DNA from: Leptonemataceae bacterium
Lineage (GTDB): Bacteria; Spirochaetota; Leptospiria; Leptospirales; Leptonemataceae
Reading direction: 5' to 3'
DNA: 64,000 nt
Assembly: GCA_965227295.1 (NCBI GenBank)
Contig: OZ245742.1
Location: forward strand, 3,072,001 to 3,136,000
The first letter of the stretch is position 1. Each line of letters opens with the position of its first letter. A model generated the notes under the pieces. That model made no database searches and had not been told where the DNA came from. It saw nothing but the letters and a program-made list of their open reading frames with translations. The position numbers were made by a program, and so were the translations under genes. Positions 29,641 through 37,563 of the stretch are shown piece by piece.

Positions 29641-29950
29641 CCGATGCGGATCGCCGTCAAGTCCAACGCGCCGCGTTCTGCATTGCCTGTCGCTTCAACG
29701 GACGCGCGCGACACCGTGCACTATCGCTGTCCTCGCTGCGGCGGTCGCCTCTAACGATCACAAGGAATTCGCCCGGCTGAAGTTGTATGATCGGGCCCTG
29801 CAGCGGGAATCCGCGGGCGGGCTAAGTCAATCTGAAGATAAGTTAACCGAAGACCACGTTCCGGAACTGCTGCGCCTGGTTCGCAAGAATCACGCCGGTT
29901 GATCGGCACTTTGTGCTTGCACGCTGCGGCTCCGCGGTCCAAACATAACC

Positions 29951-30232
29951 ATGGCCGAAAACAATTCCCTCGAAGTCCTGCTGGTTCTGGATCTCAAGAA
30001 CGCGACGGAGGAACAGAAGAGTTCTTTTTTCGAAAATCTGAAGCAGAACGATTGGGAGCCCGTCCCCGAAGTGAACGGCGCCTGGTCGGCCTCGTTCGAA
30101 GAAATGAATCGCGAAGACGTCGTCGACGAAGTGGACGGCGACCTGGATGAAGCCGCGGAGGCGTCCGGGGTTGGAAGTTACGCGGCGGCATTGCAGTTCA
30201 GTGAAAACCAGGCCTGGGTCCTCGAGGGATAA
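29951..30232 (+). CDS. Small acidic hypothetical protein (possible Cas2/VapD-like ferredoxin fold)
   Basis: Clean 93-aa ORF with genome-like codon use; LLVLDL-helix-W..V..AW pattern. Confidence 0.65.
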   Translation: MAENNSLEVLLVLDLKNATEEQKSSFFENLKQNDWEPVPEVNGAWSASFEEMNREDVVDEVDGDLDEAAEASGVGSYAAALQFSENQAWVLEG

Positions 30233-30350
30233 ACGCGTTCGTATAACGCCGCCGTTACGATCCTGCAACGGCTCGACTACAAAAGCGTTGAATCGACGCA
30301 GGCGCGCGAAAAAAGGTTGAGCACCACGGCGGCGACGTTTCGATTCCTGC

Positions 30351-32021
30351 ATGAAGGATCGTCTCTGGTCTCGCAAAGATTTTCTGAAGTTCATGGGCCG
30401 CGGCGCCGCGGCCGTTCCCGCCGCAACCATGTTGGGCGCTTTCATGAACCGTTGCCGGCCCGGTAACGCACCCGCGGGCATCGCTCCCTCGGACAGGGAC
30501 GCTCTGCTTCTCGCGCACGGTCTGAACTACGACATCCTCGTGCGTCACGGCGACATCATTCAAAACGAAGCCGGGCTGCGTTTCGGAATGAACAACGATT
30601 ACCTGGCGTTGCTCCCCGACCGTGACGGCCGCGCCGATCGACTGACGCTCTGGGCGAACCACGAAACACCGGCGGGCATGTTCTACGAACCGACCGGGCG
30701 TTTCATCTGGCGTCCGAAAAACGCCGCCGAGTTCGCGGCGCAGCGCACTGCCGTCGGCGGGAGCTGTCTGACGATCCGCCGGGATACGAAGCGCAAGTGG
30801 CACGTGGAAACGGCGGACCAACGGAACTTTCGCATCGATGCGACGACGATGATTCCGTTTAGCGTGCCCATCGACGGGGCCGAAGTCGCCGAGGGTACGT
30901 TCGGCAATTGCGCGGGGGGCTTAACTCCCTGGGGTACGATCTTAACGTGCGAGGAGAATCACACCTACTACTACGGCGACTCCATGTGGCAGGGCGGGCG
31001 GAACGTGGACCTGTTCGATGCGATCCGAACCGGCGGCTACGCCTGGAATCGTTTTCGTCCGGGAAATCGGCCGAATCACTACGGCTGGGTCGTCGAGGTG
31101 GACCCGCGCACGGGCCGCGCACAGAAACACGTTTCCCTGGGGCGTTGTTTTCACGAATGCGCCACCGTGGCGCAGGCCCGGGACTACGATCAGAGCGGTC
31201 TCGTAGCCGTTTACACCGGCGACGATCGTTACGGCGGCTGCATCTATAAGTTTCTCTCAACGAAAGCTAAGAGCGTGGAGGCGGGGCGGCTCTTCGTCGC
31301 CGTAATGGACGAGTCTCCCCGGGCGGAGGTTGCCGCCGAGGGCAAGAAAATTCGCGGGCGCTGGGTGGAACTGAACGTTCGCGATCCGCGGCTCGCGCGC
31401 TTTCGTTCGCAGACGAACGTCATGATCCACGCCCGCCAGGCCGCGATGGCCGTGGGCGGCACGGAACAGGATCGCCCCGAGGACATCGAAGTCGATCCGC
31501 ATAGCGGAGACGTTTATGTTACGCTCACCTATGATAACAAAAAAGAAATACCGAATTTGTTCGGTTCCATTCTGCGCATCGAAGAAGACGGCGGCGATCC
31601 CTTCGCCGCGGAATTCACAGCGTCCGTCTTCAAAAGCGGCGGGACCGAGAACGGCTTCGCCTGCCCGGACAACCTGGTCTTCGATCCGCGCGGCAATCTG
31701 TGGATGGTCAGCGACATCTCCGAAAAGAGCATGAACAAAGGCGAGTACGCCCCGTTCAAGAACAACGGTTTGTTTTTTATTCCCATGCGCGGAGCCGACG
31801 CCGGCCGGGTGATCCAGGTCGCCAGTGCGCCGGTGGACGCCGAGTTTACAGGGCCGTGTTTTGCGCCGGACGGCCGCACGTTGTTTTTGTCCGTGCAGCA
31901 TCCCGGCCTGCGTTCGACGACGCTCTCCGACATGACGTCTCGCTGGCCCGACGGCGATCGGCCGAAGAGCGCCGTCGTTGCGATTCGCGGTGAGCTGCTG
32001 GATCGGTGGGCGGCAACATAA
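30351..32021 (+). CDS. phoX: PhoX-family alkaline phosphatase
   Basis: Tat-like SRKDFLK, FGMNND, NHE, NCAGGLTPWGTILTCEEN, YGWVVEVDP, HE, DRPED, CPDN, EFTGP, SVQHPG. Confidence 0.95.
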   Translation: MKDRLWSRKDFLKFMGRGAAAVPAATMLGAFMNRCRPGNAPAGIAPSDRDALLLAHGLNYDILVRHGDIIQNEAGLRFGMNNDYLALLPDRDGRADRLTLWANHETPAGMFYEPTGRFIWRPKNAAEFAAQRTAVGGSCLTIRRDTKRKWHVETADQRNFRIDATTMIPFSVPIDGAEVAEGTFGNCAGGLTPWGTILTCEENHTYYYGDSMWQGGRNVDLFDAIRTGGYAWNRFRPGNRPNHYGWVVEVDPRTGRAQKHVSLGRCFHECATVAQARDYDQSGLVAVYTGDDRYGGCIYKFLSTKAKSVEAGRLFVAVMDESPRAEVAAEGKKIRGRWVELNVRDPRLARFRSQTNVMIHARQAAMAVGGTEQDRPEDIEVDPHSGDVYVTLTYDNKKEIPNLFGSILRIEEDGGDPFAAEFTASVFKSGGTENGFACPDNLVFDPRGNLWMVSDISEKSMNKGEYAPFKNNGLFFIPMRGADAGRVIQVASAPVDAEFTGPCFAPDGRTLFLSVQHPGLRSTTLSDMTSRWPDGDRPKSAVVAIRGELLDRWAAT

Positions 32022-32049
32022 GGAATAGCCGACCGGGCACCGATACCAC

Positions 32050-32086
32050 AAAAAGAAAACCGCGGGCACCTTTCGGTGATCCGCGG
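32050..32086 (-). terminator. Intrinsic terminator after the olsB-like gene
   Basis: Minus strand CCGCGGATCACC-GAAA-GGTGCCCGCGG followed by TTTTCTTTTT. Confidence 0.75.
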
Positions 32087-32123
32087 CGAAACACTGACGT
32101 ACAAGAAACTGAAGCGTTGCGGC

Positions 32124-32930
32124 TCAGTTCTCGTCTTGCTTGAAAATAGAGAGCGGGGTTTCGTAATAGTGGCGGCCGTAGCGCTTGTCCACTTCGCTGA
32201 TGTCGAAGAGGATGAAGAAGTCGGTGGTGCCGAAGACCTTATCCAGGGCCGGCTGTCCTACGATCTTCGAACCGGCGCGGATGTAACCTTTGATCAGCGG
32301 CGGGATTTCTTTGCTCAGGGCCTTCATGTCCTCGACCTGAACGTTGGGATCGAAGCCTTCCATTTTGTACTCCGGCAGCGGCAGCGCGGAGAAGCCCGGT
32401 TTTACGAGCACGTCCTTTTCCCGGAGCCACGCGTAGATTTGCGAGGCCTTCGCGGGATCGGTGGTGTGAATGGAACCGCAGCCGCAAAGATAGCGGCAAT
32501 TGAAGTCGCGCAGATACATGCCGAGGCCGATCCACAGTTGGGAGATCACCGAACCGTCGCGGTAGTCCGGATGCACGCAGCTCCGGCCGATTTCGACGGC
32601 TTCGCCTTCCAGGTCGTAGATGCCGCTCAGGTTGAATTCGTTTTCCGAGTAGAGGCCGTCGTGCTCTTTCGCAACGCTGGAGCGCAGCACGCGGTAGGTG
32701 CCGACGATCATGTTATCGCGGGCTTCGTCCACCACGATCAGGTGATCGCAGAGGAGATCGTATTGGTCGCGGTCTTTCTGAGTCGCGTGGGACTCGGGCA
32801 GACCCTGTTGTAATTCCAGGTTAAAAATTTCGTAACGCAAAGAGAGCGTGCGTTCGATTTCGAGTTGGTTCTGTGCGAGGCGCACTTTCAACTGACGCTT
32901 CGCTTTCTCTGTTTGTACCGATCCAGACAT
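32124..32930 (-). CDS. GNAT N-acyltransferase, OlsB-like (amino-acid lipid synthesis)
   Basis: [58 protein letters not shown] 32930 has a GAGGA RBS. Confidence 0.85.
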   Translation of the reverse strand: MSGSVQTEKAKRQLKVRLAQNQLEIERTLSLRYEIFNLELQQGLPESHATQKDRDQYDLLCDHLIVVDEARDNMIVGTYRVLRSSVAKEHDGLYSENEFNLSGIYDLEGEAVEIGRSCVHPDYRDGSVISQLWIGLGMYLRDFNCRYLCGCGSIHTTDPAKASQIYAWLREKDVLVKPGFSALPLPEYKMEGFDPNVQVEDMKALSKEIPPLIKGYIRAGSKIVGQPALDKVFGTTDFFILFDISEVDKRYGRHYYETPLSIFKQDEN

Positions 32931-32989
32931 GATTTCCTCGCCTTTGATTGGAGATTGTTTCTTTTGGAACATAACTTTCGTCGCGCATC

Positions 32990-33040
32990 AATACAAAATC
33001 ATTACACCGGCTTGAAATTTGGGTGAATCAACCGTGGCGA
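32990..33040 (-). promoter_or_regulatory. Degenerate Pho-box-like 11-bp direct repeats upstream of the olsB-like gene
   Basis: Minus strand TCGCCAC-N4-GATTCAC-N4-ATTTCAA-N4-GTGTAAT-N4-TTGTATT. Confidence 0.45.
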
Positions 33041-33090
33041 ATGTTACGGATTGTCGCTATCTGACGTATTGTTACCGCATGTGAATCGTC

Positions 33091-34512
33091 TCAGCCGGGC
33101 AGGCGCACCTTAAACAGCGCTCCGCCGCGCGGCGCGGCCTCGACCCAGACGCTGCCGCCGTGCAGGCGCGTAATCTGCCGCACGATGCTCAGGCCGAGGC
33201 CGGTGCCGCCCTGTTCCCGGGAACGATCTTTGTCCACGCGAAAGAAGCGCTCGAAAATCTTTTCGCGCAGGTCCATGGGCACGCCCGGGCCTTCATCCTC
33301 TACTTCAAAGATCGTGGCCTGGTTGTTTTCGCGGCGAATGCGCACCTGGATGGTGGAGTTCGCCGGCGAATAGCGCGAAGCGTTGGCGATGAGATTCAAC
33401 AGCAGATGTTCCAGCAAGAGCGGATCGGCGTCGATGCGCCGTCCCCTGGGTGAATCGATGGAGAGGGTCTGTTCCTTTTGTTTGAGCGTGCCTTCGACGA
33501 GGATCTCAATGCCGTTCAGAAATTCGTCGAGGTCCGTCACCCTGGGATTAAACGGAAACGACCGGGCTTCCAATGAAGCGATGGTTACCATGTCCTCAAT
33601 GATCGCTTCCATGCGTTCGACGTTGCGCAGGACGCCCTTCAAGAACGAAGTTTGCGGCTGCCGGTTTTCTTTCGCGATGAGCGTCTCCGCATAACCGCGG
33701 ATGGACGTGATCGGCGTCTTGAGTTCATGCGAGGCGTTTTGCAAGAAGTCTTCGCGCAGGCGGCGGGTGTTGTACTCCTGGGTGCGATCCTGCACCAGGA
33801 TGAGATGCAGCTCCACCTCTTCGCCGGTGCGCACGGGATACTCCTGCACCCGGTAGTGATTGTGGCCGTGATGCATTTCGAAGACCTGGCGCCCGTTACC
33901 GTCACCATTACTGTTACCGTTCGCGCCGTTCGAATGCTCTGCCTGCATAATGTGATGCGCGAACTCCAGCAGCTCGCTGTTCGCGATGGCCTTGAAGTAG
34001 GGTTTGCCGGTGGCCGCGGGCTGGACCAATTGCCCTGGCAGGGCCGGGTTCTGGTAGACCACGATGCCCTGGCGATTCAGGCAGAGGACTCCCTCGCGTA
34101 AGGCGCCGAGAAGTGAACTTAAGAGTTCCTTTTCGAGTTTCATGCCTGCCAGTTCGGTATTGAGGCGGAAGATCAAATCATCCAGGGCCGTGGAGACCGC
34201 GTCCATTTCCAGGATCTGTGTTTTCTTTAAGAACGACGGTCCCGATTGCGGAAACTGGCGAATGCGTCGCAACAGGGCTTCGAGGGGCAACGTCAGAGTC
34301 CGCGACGCGGACAGCGAAAGGATGAGCGTGAGTGCGAGGGCGCCCGCGAAGAGCAGGGTAAACGCCCGCGGCGAATCCTGGATGAGGTTCCAGAGATTAA
34401 AAAACAGGAACAGCCCACTGGTGAAGATGGCAATCACCACCAGGTGGATGAACAGAATGCGAAAAAAAATGCTGCGCATGGGGCGCGAAAGCGAACGAAC
34501 CGCGGCGATCAA
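33091..34512 (-). CDS. phoR: Phosphate sensor histidine kinase, PhoR-like
   Basis: 2 TMs, PAS-like region, NASHELKTPITSIRGYAETL, NLIANASRY, DEGPG, FERFFRVDKDRSREQGGTGLGLSI. Start is TTG 34512 or ATG 34479. Confidence 0.85.
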   Translation of the reverse strand: MIAAVRSLSRPMRSIFFRILFIHLVVIAIFTSGLFLFFNLWNLIQDSPRAFTLLFAGALALTLILSLSASRTLTLPLEALLRRIRQFPQSGPSFLKKTQILEMDAVSTALDDLIFRLNTELAGMKLEKELLSSLLGALREGVLCLNRQGIVVYQNPALPGQLVQPAATGKPYFKAIANSELLEFAHHIMQAEHSNGANGNSNGDGNGRQVFEMHHGHNHYRVQEYPVRTGEEVELHLILVQDRTQEYNTRRLREDFLQNASHELKTPITSIRGYAETLIAKENRQPQTSFLKGVLRNVERMEAIIEDMVTIASLEARSFPFNPRVTDLDEFLNGIEILVEGTLKQKEQTLSIDSPRGRRIDADPLLLEHLLLNLIANASRYSPANSTIQVRIRRENNQATIFEVEDEGPGVPMDLREKIFERFFRVDKDRSREQGGTGLGLSIVRQITRLHGGSVWVEAAPRGGALFKVRLPG

Positions 34513-35291
34513 TCGCCGCGGAAACGATAGCCGACGCCGCGCACGGTTTCGAGGCGGCTCTTTTCATCTCCGAGTTTTTCGCGCAGGCGTTTGATGTTCA
34601 CGTCCACCGTGCGGTCGGAAACGTACACATCGCGGCCCCAGACCCGATCCAGGAGGCGGTCCCGGGTAAAGGCGATCTCGGGGTTTTCCATGAAGAGCTT
34701 GAGTAACTTGTATTCAATTAAAGTTAGATCGGCCAGGGCCTCGCTTACGAGTACACGGTGGGCGGCGGTGTCCATGGTGATGCTGCCGATGGACAGGTTG
34801 CCCGAGCGCGACTCTTCGCCTGCCGGCCGTGTCTGGCGCCGCAAAACGGCTCGCAGACGGGCAATGAGTTCCCGCGGCGAGAACGGCTTGCGTACGTAAT
34901 CGTCCGCGCCGATCTCCAGGCCGAGCACGGCGTCGGTCTCCCCCGAGCGCGCCGTCAGCATGATGATGGGCACTTCGCTGTACCGCGCCTTCACCTTTTT
35001 GCAGAAGTCCAGGCCGTTGATGCCCGGCAGCATGAGGTCCAGGATGATGGCATCCGGCAGGGACCGTTCCAGACGATTCCAGGCGTCCAGGCCGTTGTCC
35101 GAGACCGTTACGAGAAAGCCTTCTTCTTCGAGGTTGTAGCGAATGATGTCGAGGATGTCGGTCTCGTCGTCGACGACGAGGATGCGATATCCGTTGAGGG
35201 TGCGGCTGTCCTGCCGGCTGCGATCATCGCCGGCGGGTTGCTCCGCTTTTTCGGTTGCGTTCTTTTCCGTCACTTTTTCCGTCACAGACAT
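34509..35291 (-). CDS. phoB: OmpR/PhoB response regulator
   Basis: VVDDE, LDLMLPG, GADDYVRKPFS, RTVDVNIKRLREKL, ETVRGVGYRF; ATG 35291 has an AGGA RBS; Pho box upstream. Confidence 0.87.
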   Translation of the reverse strand: MSVTEKVTEKNATEKAEQPAGDDRSRQDSRTLNGYRILVVDDETDILDIIRYNLEEEGFLVTVSDNGLDAWNRLERSLPDAIILDLMLPGINGLDFCKKVKARYSEVPIIMLTARSGETDAVLGLEIGADDYVRKPFSPRELIARLRAVLRRQTRPAGEESRSGNLSIGSITMDTAAHRVLVSEALADLTLIEYKLLKLFMENPEIAFTRDRLLDRVWGRDVYVSDRTVDVNIKRLREKLGDEKSRLETVRGVGYRFRGD

Positions 35292-35330
35292 TTCATATTT
35301 TCCTGCGCGGGACCACGATGTGGATACTTT

Positions 35331-35359
35331 ATTACAAATCGATGACAACGCAATGAATA
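35331..35359 (-). promoter_or_regulatory. Pho box (three 11-bp-spaced units) upstream of phoB
   Basis: Minus strand TATTCAT-TGCG-TTGTCAT-CGAT-TTGTAAT, compared with the E. coli consensus CTGTCAT-N4-CTGTCA(C/T). Confidence 0.75.
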
Positions 35360-35425
35360 AAGCGATGAAATGGCAGGTTCGACAAAAGAAGGACCGTGGC
35401 GGAAGTTGAGGCCGGAAGGAAGGTG

Positions 35426-35496
35426 AGCGGGCGAAGGGACTCGAACCCTCTCCAGAAGCTTGGAAGGCTGCTGTGCTACCGTTACACTACGCCCGC
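35426..35496 (-). tRNA. tRNA-Gly (anticodon TCC), CCA not encoded
   Basis: GCGGGCG acceptor stem pairs with CGCCCGC; D-arm GTGT..GCAC; anticodon loop CTTCCAA; T-loop TTCGAGT. Confidence 0.95.
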
Positions 35497-35574
35497 GAAA
35501 ACCGGCAAAACCGGTGCTTCGCAGCCAGAATCGGCCATCGAAGCGCCTCGTCAACTCTTTACGTCCCAGGGGGA

Positions 35575-35731
35575 TTTGCCACAGAGGCGCAGAGGGCACA
35601 GAGAGTGGGCCAATCTTCTCGTTGGTTCGCAATGGTTGGGGTTGATCAGTCTGATCCAACCCTCGGCCATTCGGCCAGCCAGCCAACCAAACTACGCTGA
35701 CTCTCTGTGTCCTCTGCGCCTCTGTGGCAAA
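35575..35731. repeat. 157-nt REPIN/MITE-like long hairpin with 32-bp terminal inverted repeats
   Basis: TTTGCCACAGAGGCGCAGAGGGCACAGAGAGT (35575-35606) matches the reverse complement of 35700-35731 with one mismatch; the interior is also self-complementary. Confidence 0.85.
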
Positions 35732-35741
35732 AACAATTACT

Positions 35742-36503
35742 TCACGGCAGCGTGGCCTGTTGTTTGTAGTTGATCTCGAAGATGTCGTGGGCCGAGTTTC
35801 GAAAGCCCGAGAAGAACGCGACCGAGATGCCCATATAGTAGTATTCCTGGCTGGCCATGGCCTTTTCGAGAAAGAGGGCGACCTCGTCGCTGGTGATGGA
35901 GACCGGATGCACGCGGCGGCCGTCTTTCTCCATGTAGAGACCCTCCCAGATGTTGCCAAACGTACCCTCGCGCTGGAGCCGGAGGACACGGCCGTAGAGT
36001 GAAAAATTCCGCCGGGCGCCGCTGGGTTTTACCCGGAGCACCGACGGCAAACCCGGGGGCGGCGTCTTGATCCAGGGCCGCGCGTCCACGATCTGCCATT
36101 CGTCGCCGAAGGTCGGCAGATCATAACGCACGAACATGACGTTGCCCTGGTTGGCCCGCAGGAAGTTCACGAGCAGCTCATCGTCATCCGCGAGCTCAAA
36201 CGGAACCACCTCGATGGTCGGCGTGTAACACTCCTCATCGCAGGATTCGACGCCGTTGTAGCCCGCCACTTCGACCGTGCCGACCCAGTTCGTGAAGACG
36301 ACCCCGGCCTTTTCCAGGTTCTTGAGCCGAACCACCGCGAATCCGTCCGAGCCCTCGTACTTCGTGCCGGTTTGCTGCGTGGCCTGCTTTTGCTGGCCGG
36401 CGACGGGGGCCGCCAGAAGACAGAATCCGGCCATGGCGAGGGCGAGCAGGGGGGCGCGACGGCCGGGCCGGGTGGATTTGTAAGAGTTCCTACATTTGCG
36501 CAT
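35742..36503 (-). CDS. Secreted protein resembling Leptospira Lsa26 family (by recall)
   Basis: Signal peptide; FAVVRL, C..EECYTP, SGARRNFSLYGRVL, EGLY..RVHPVSIT, YYMGISVAF..R.S.HDIFEINYK. Confidence 0.6.
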   Translation of the reverse strand: MRKCRNSYKSTRPGRRAPLLALAMAGFCLLAAPVAGQQKQATQQTGTKYEGSDGFAVVRLKNLEKAGVVFTNWVGTVEVAGYNGVESCDEECYTPTIEVVPFELADDDELLVNFLRANQGNVMFVRYDLPTFGDEWQIVDARPWIKTPPPGLPSVLRVKPSGARRNFSLYGRVLRLQREGTFGNIWEGLYMEKDGRRVHPVSITSDEVALFLEKAMASQEYYYMGISVAFFSGFRNSAHDIFEINYKQQATLP

Positions 36504-36636
36504 GGGGCTGGGGTTATTATCGGACGATGGGAGGGGATTTCAAGTGCGATAAGCGTCCGCCGCGACCCGGGAGCGGGACGTCCGAAGTTTCTGATTCGCA
36601 TCGACACGATCCCTTCATCATACTATCTTAGCCCCA

Positions 36637-37461
36637 ATGACCAACAACCAGATCCTCCGCGAAATTCAGGGGACCACCGTGCCGGCCCTCGGCTTCGGCA
36701 CCTGGCAGATCGACGGCCGGGCGTGTCAGGAGGCCGTCGAGGCCGCCCTGGCCATGGGCTACCGGCACATCGACACGGCCCAGGTCTACGAAAACGAGGC
36801 CCAGGTCGGTGCCGGCCTGGAGGCGGCCGCCGTCCCACGCGGAGACATCTTCTTAACGACGAAGGTCTGGATGTCCCAGCTCACGCCGGAGAAGGTCCGC
36901 TCGTCCACCGCGGAGAGCCTGGAGAAACTGCGCACGGACTACGTCGATCTGCTGTTGGTCCACTGGCCCAATGCGGACGTGCCGCTCGAACAAAGCCTGG
37001 AGGCCATGTTCCAGCTCAAGCAGGACGGCCGTACGAAACACGTCGGCGTCTCGAACTTCCCGACGGCCCTCGTGGATCGTGCGCTGAACGTGGACCGCAT
37101 TTTCTGTAACCAGGTGGAGTTCCATCCCTTCTTGAATCAGGAGAAGTTGCGCCGCCAGGCCGAAGAACATGATTTTCTGCTCACGGCCTACAGCCCCCTC
37201 GCGCGCGGCAAGGTTCTGAAGAACGAAAGTTTAGAAGAGATCGGCGAGAAACACGGCAAGTCCGCGGCCCAGGTGACGTTGCGCTGGTTGTTGCAGCAGG
37301 AGCATGTCGCCGTCATTCCCAAGGCGTCGAACGACAAACACCGGCGCGCGAACCTCGACGTCTTCGACTTCGAACTCACCGCCGCCGACATGCAGGCCGT
37401 GCAGAACCTCGACGCCGGCCGCCGACTCATCAACCCCGGCTGGTCGCCGCAGTGGGATTGA
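36637..37461 (+). CDS. Aldo/keto reductase (DkgB-like)
   Basis: LGFGTW, GYRHIDTAQVY, TTKVW, LLLVHWP, GVSNF, AYSPLARG, IPKAS. Confidence 0.95.
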   Translation: MTNNQILREIQGTTVPALGFGTWQIDGRACQEAVEAALAMGYRHIDTAQVYENEAQVGAGLEAAAVPRGDIFLTTKVWMSQLTPEKVRSSTAESLEKLRTDYVDLLLVHWPNADVPLEQSLEAMFQLKQDGRTKHVGVSNFPTALVDRALNVDRIFCNQVEFHPFLNQEKLRRQAEEHDFLLTAYSPLARGKVLKNESLEEIGEKHGKSAAQVTLRWLLQQEHVAVIPKASNDKHRRANLDVFDFELTAADMQAVQNLDAGRRLINPGWSPQWD

Positions 37462-37471
37462 AGAACTTTCT

Positions 37472-37505
37472 ACTCCGAGGAATTCGTACCTTCGGTCCTC
37501 GGAGT
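37472..37505. repeat. Intergenic 10-bp perfect inverted repeat
   Basis: ACTCCGAGGA-N14-TCCTCGGAGT, with no U-tract. Confidence 0.6.
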
Positions 37506-37563
37506 CAACTTCCGTTCCCCGCAAAACACTTGATCGTCACGACTCGCGCCGCAACCTGTTCGC

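Noticed and set aside
35292..35348. Longer phoB start at 35348
   Set aside because: It would run through the Pho box; ATG 35291 has an RBS.
35396..35496. tRNA-Gly as an integration site for an island or prophage
   Set aside because: No integrase and no duplicated tRNA 3' end seen in the window.
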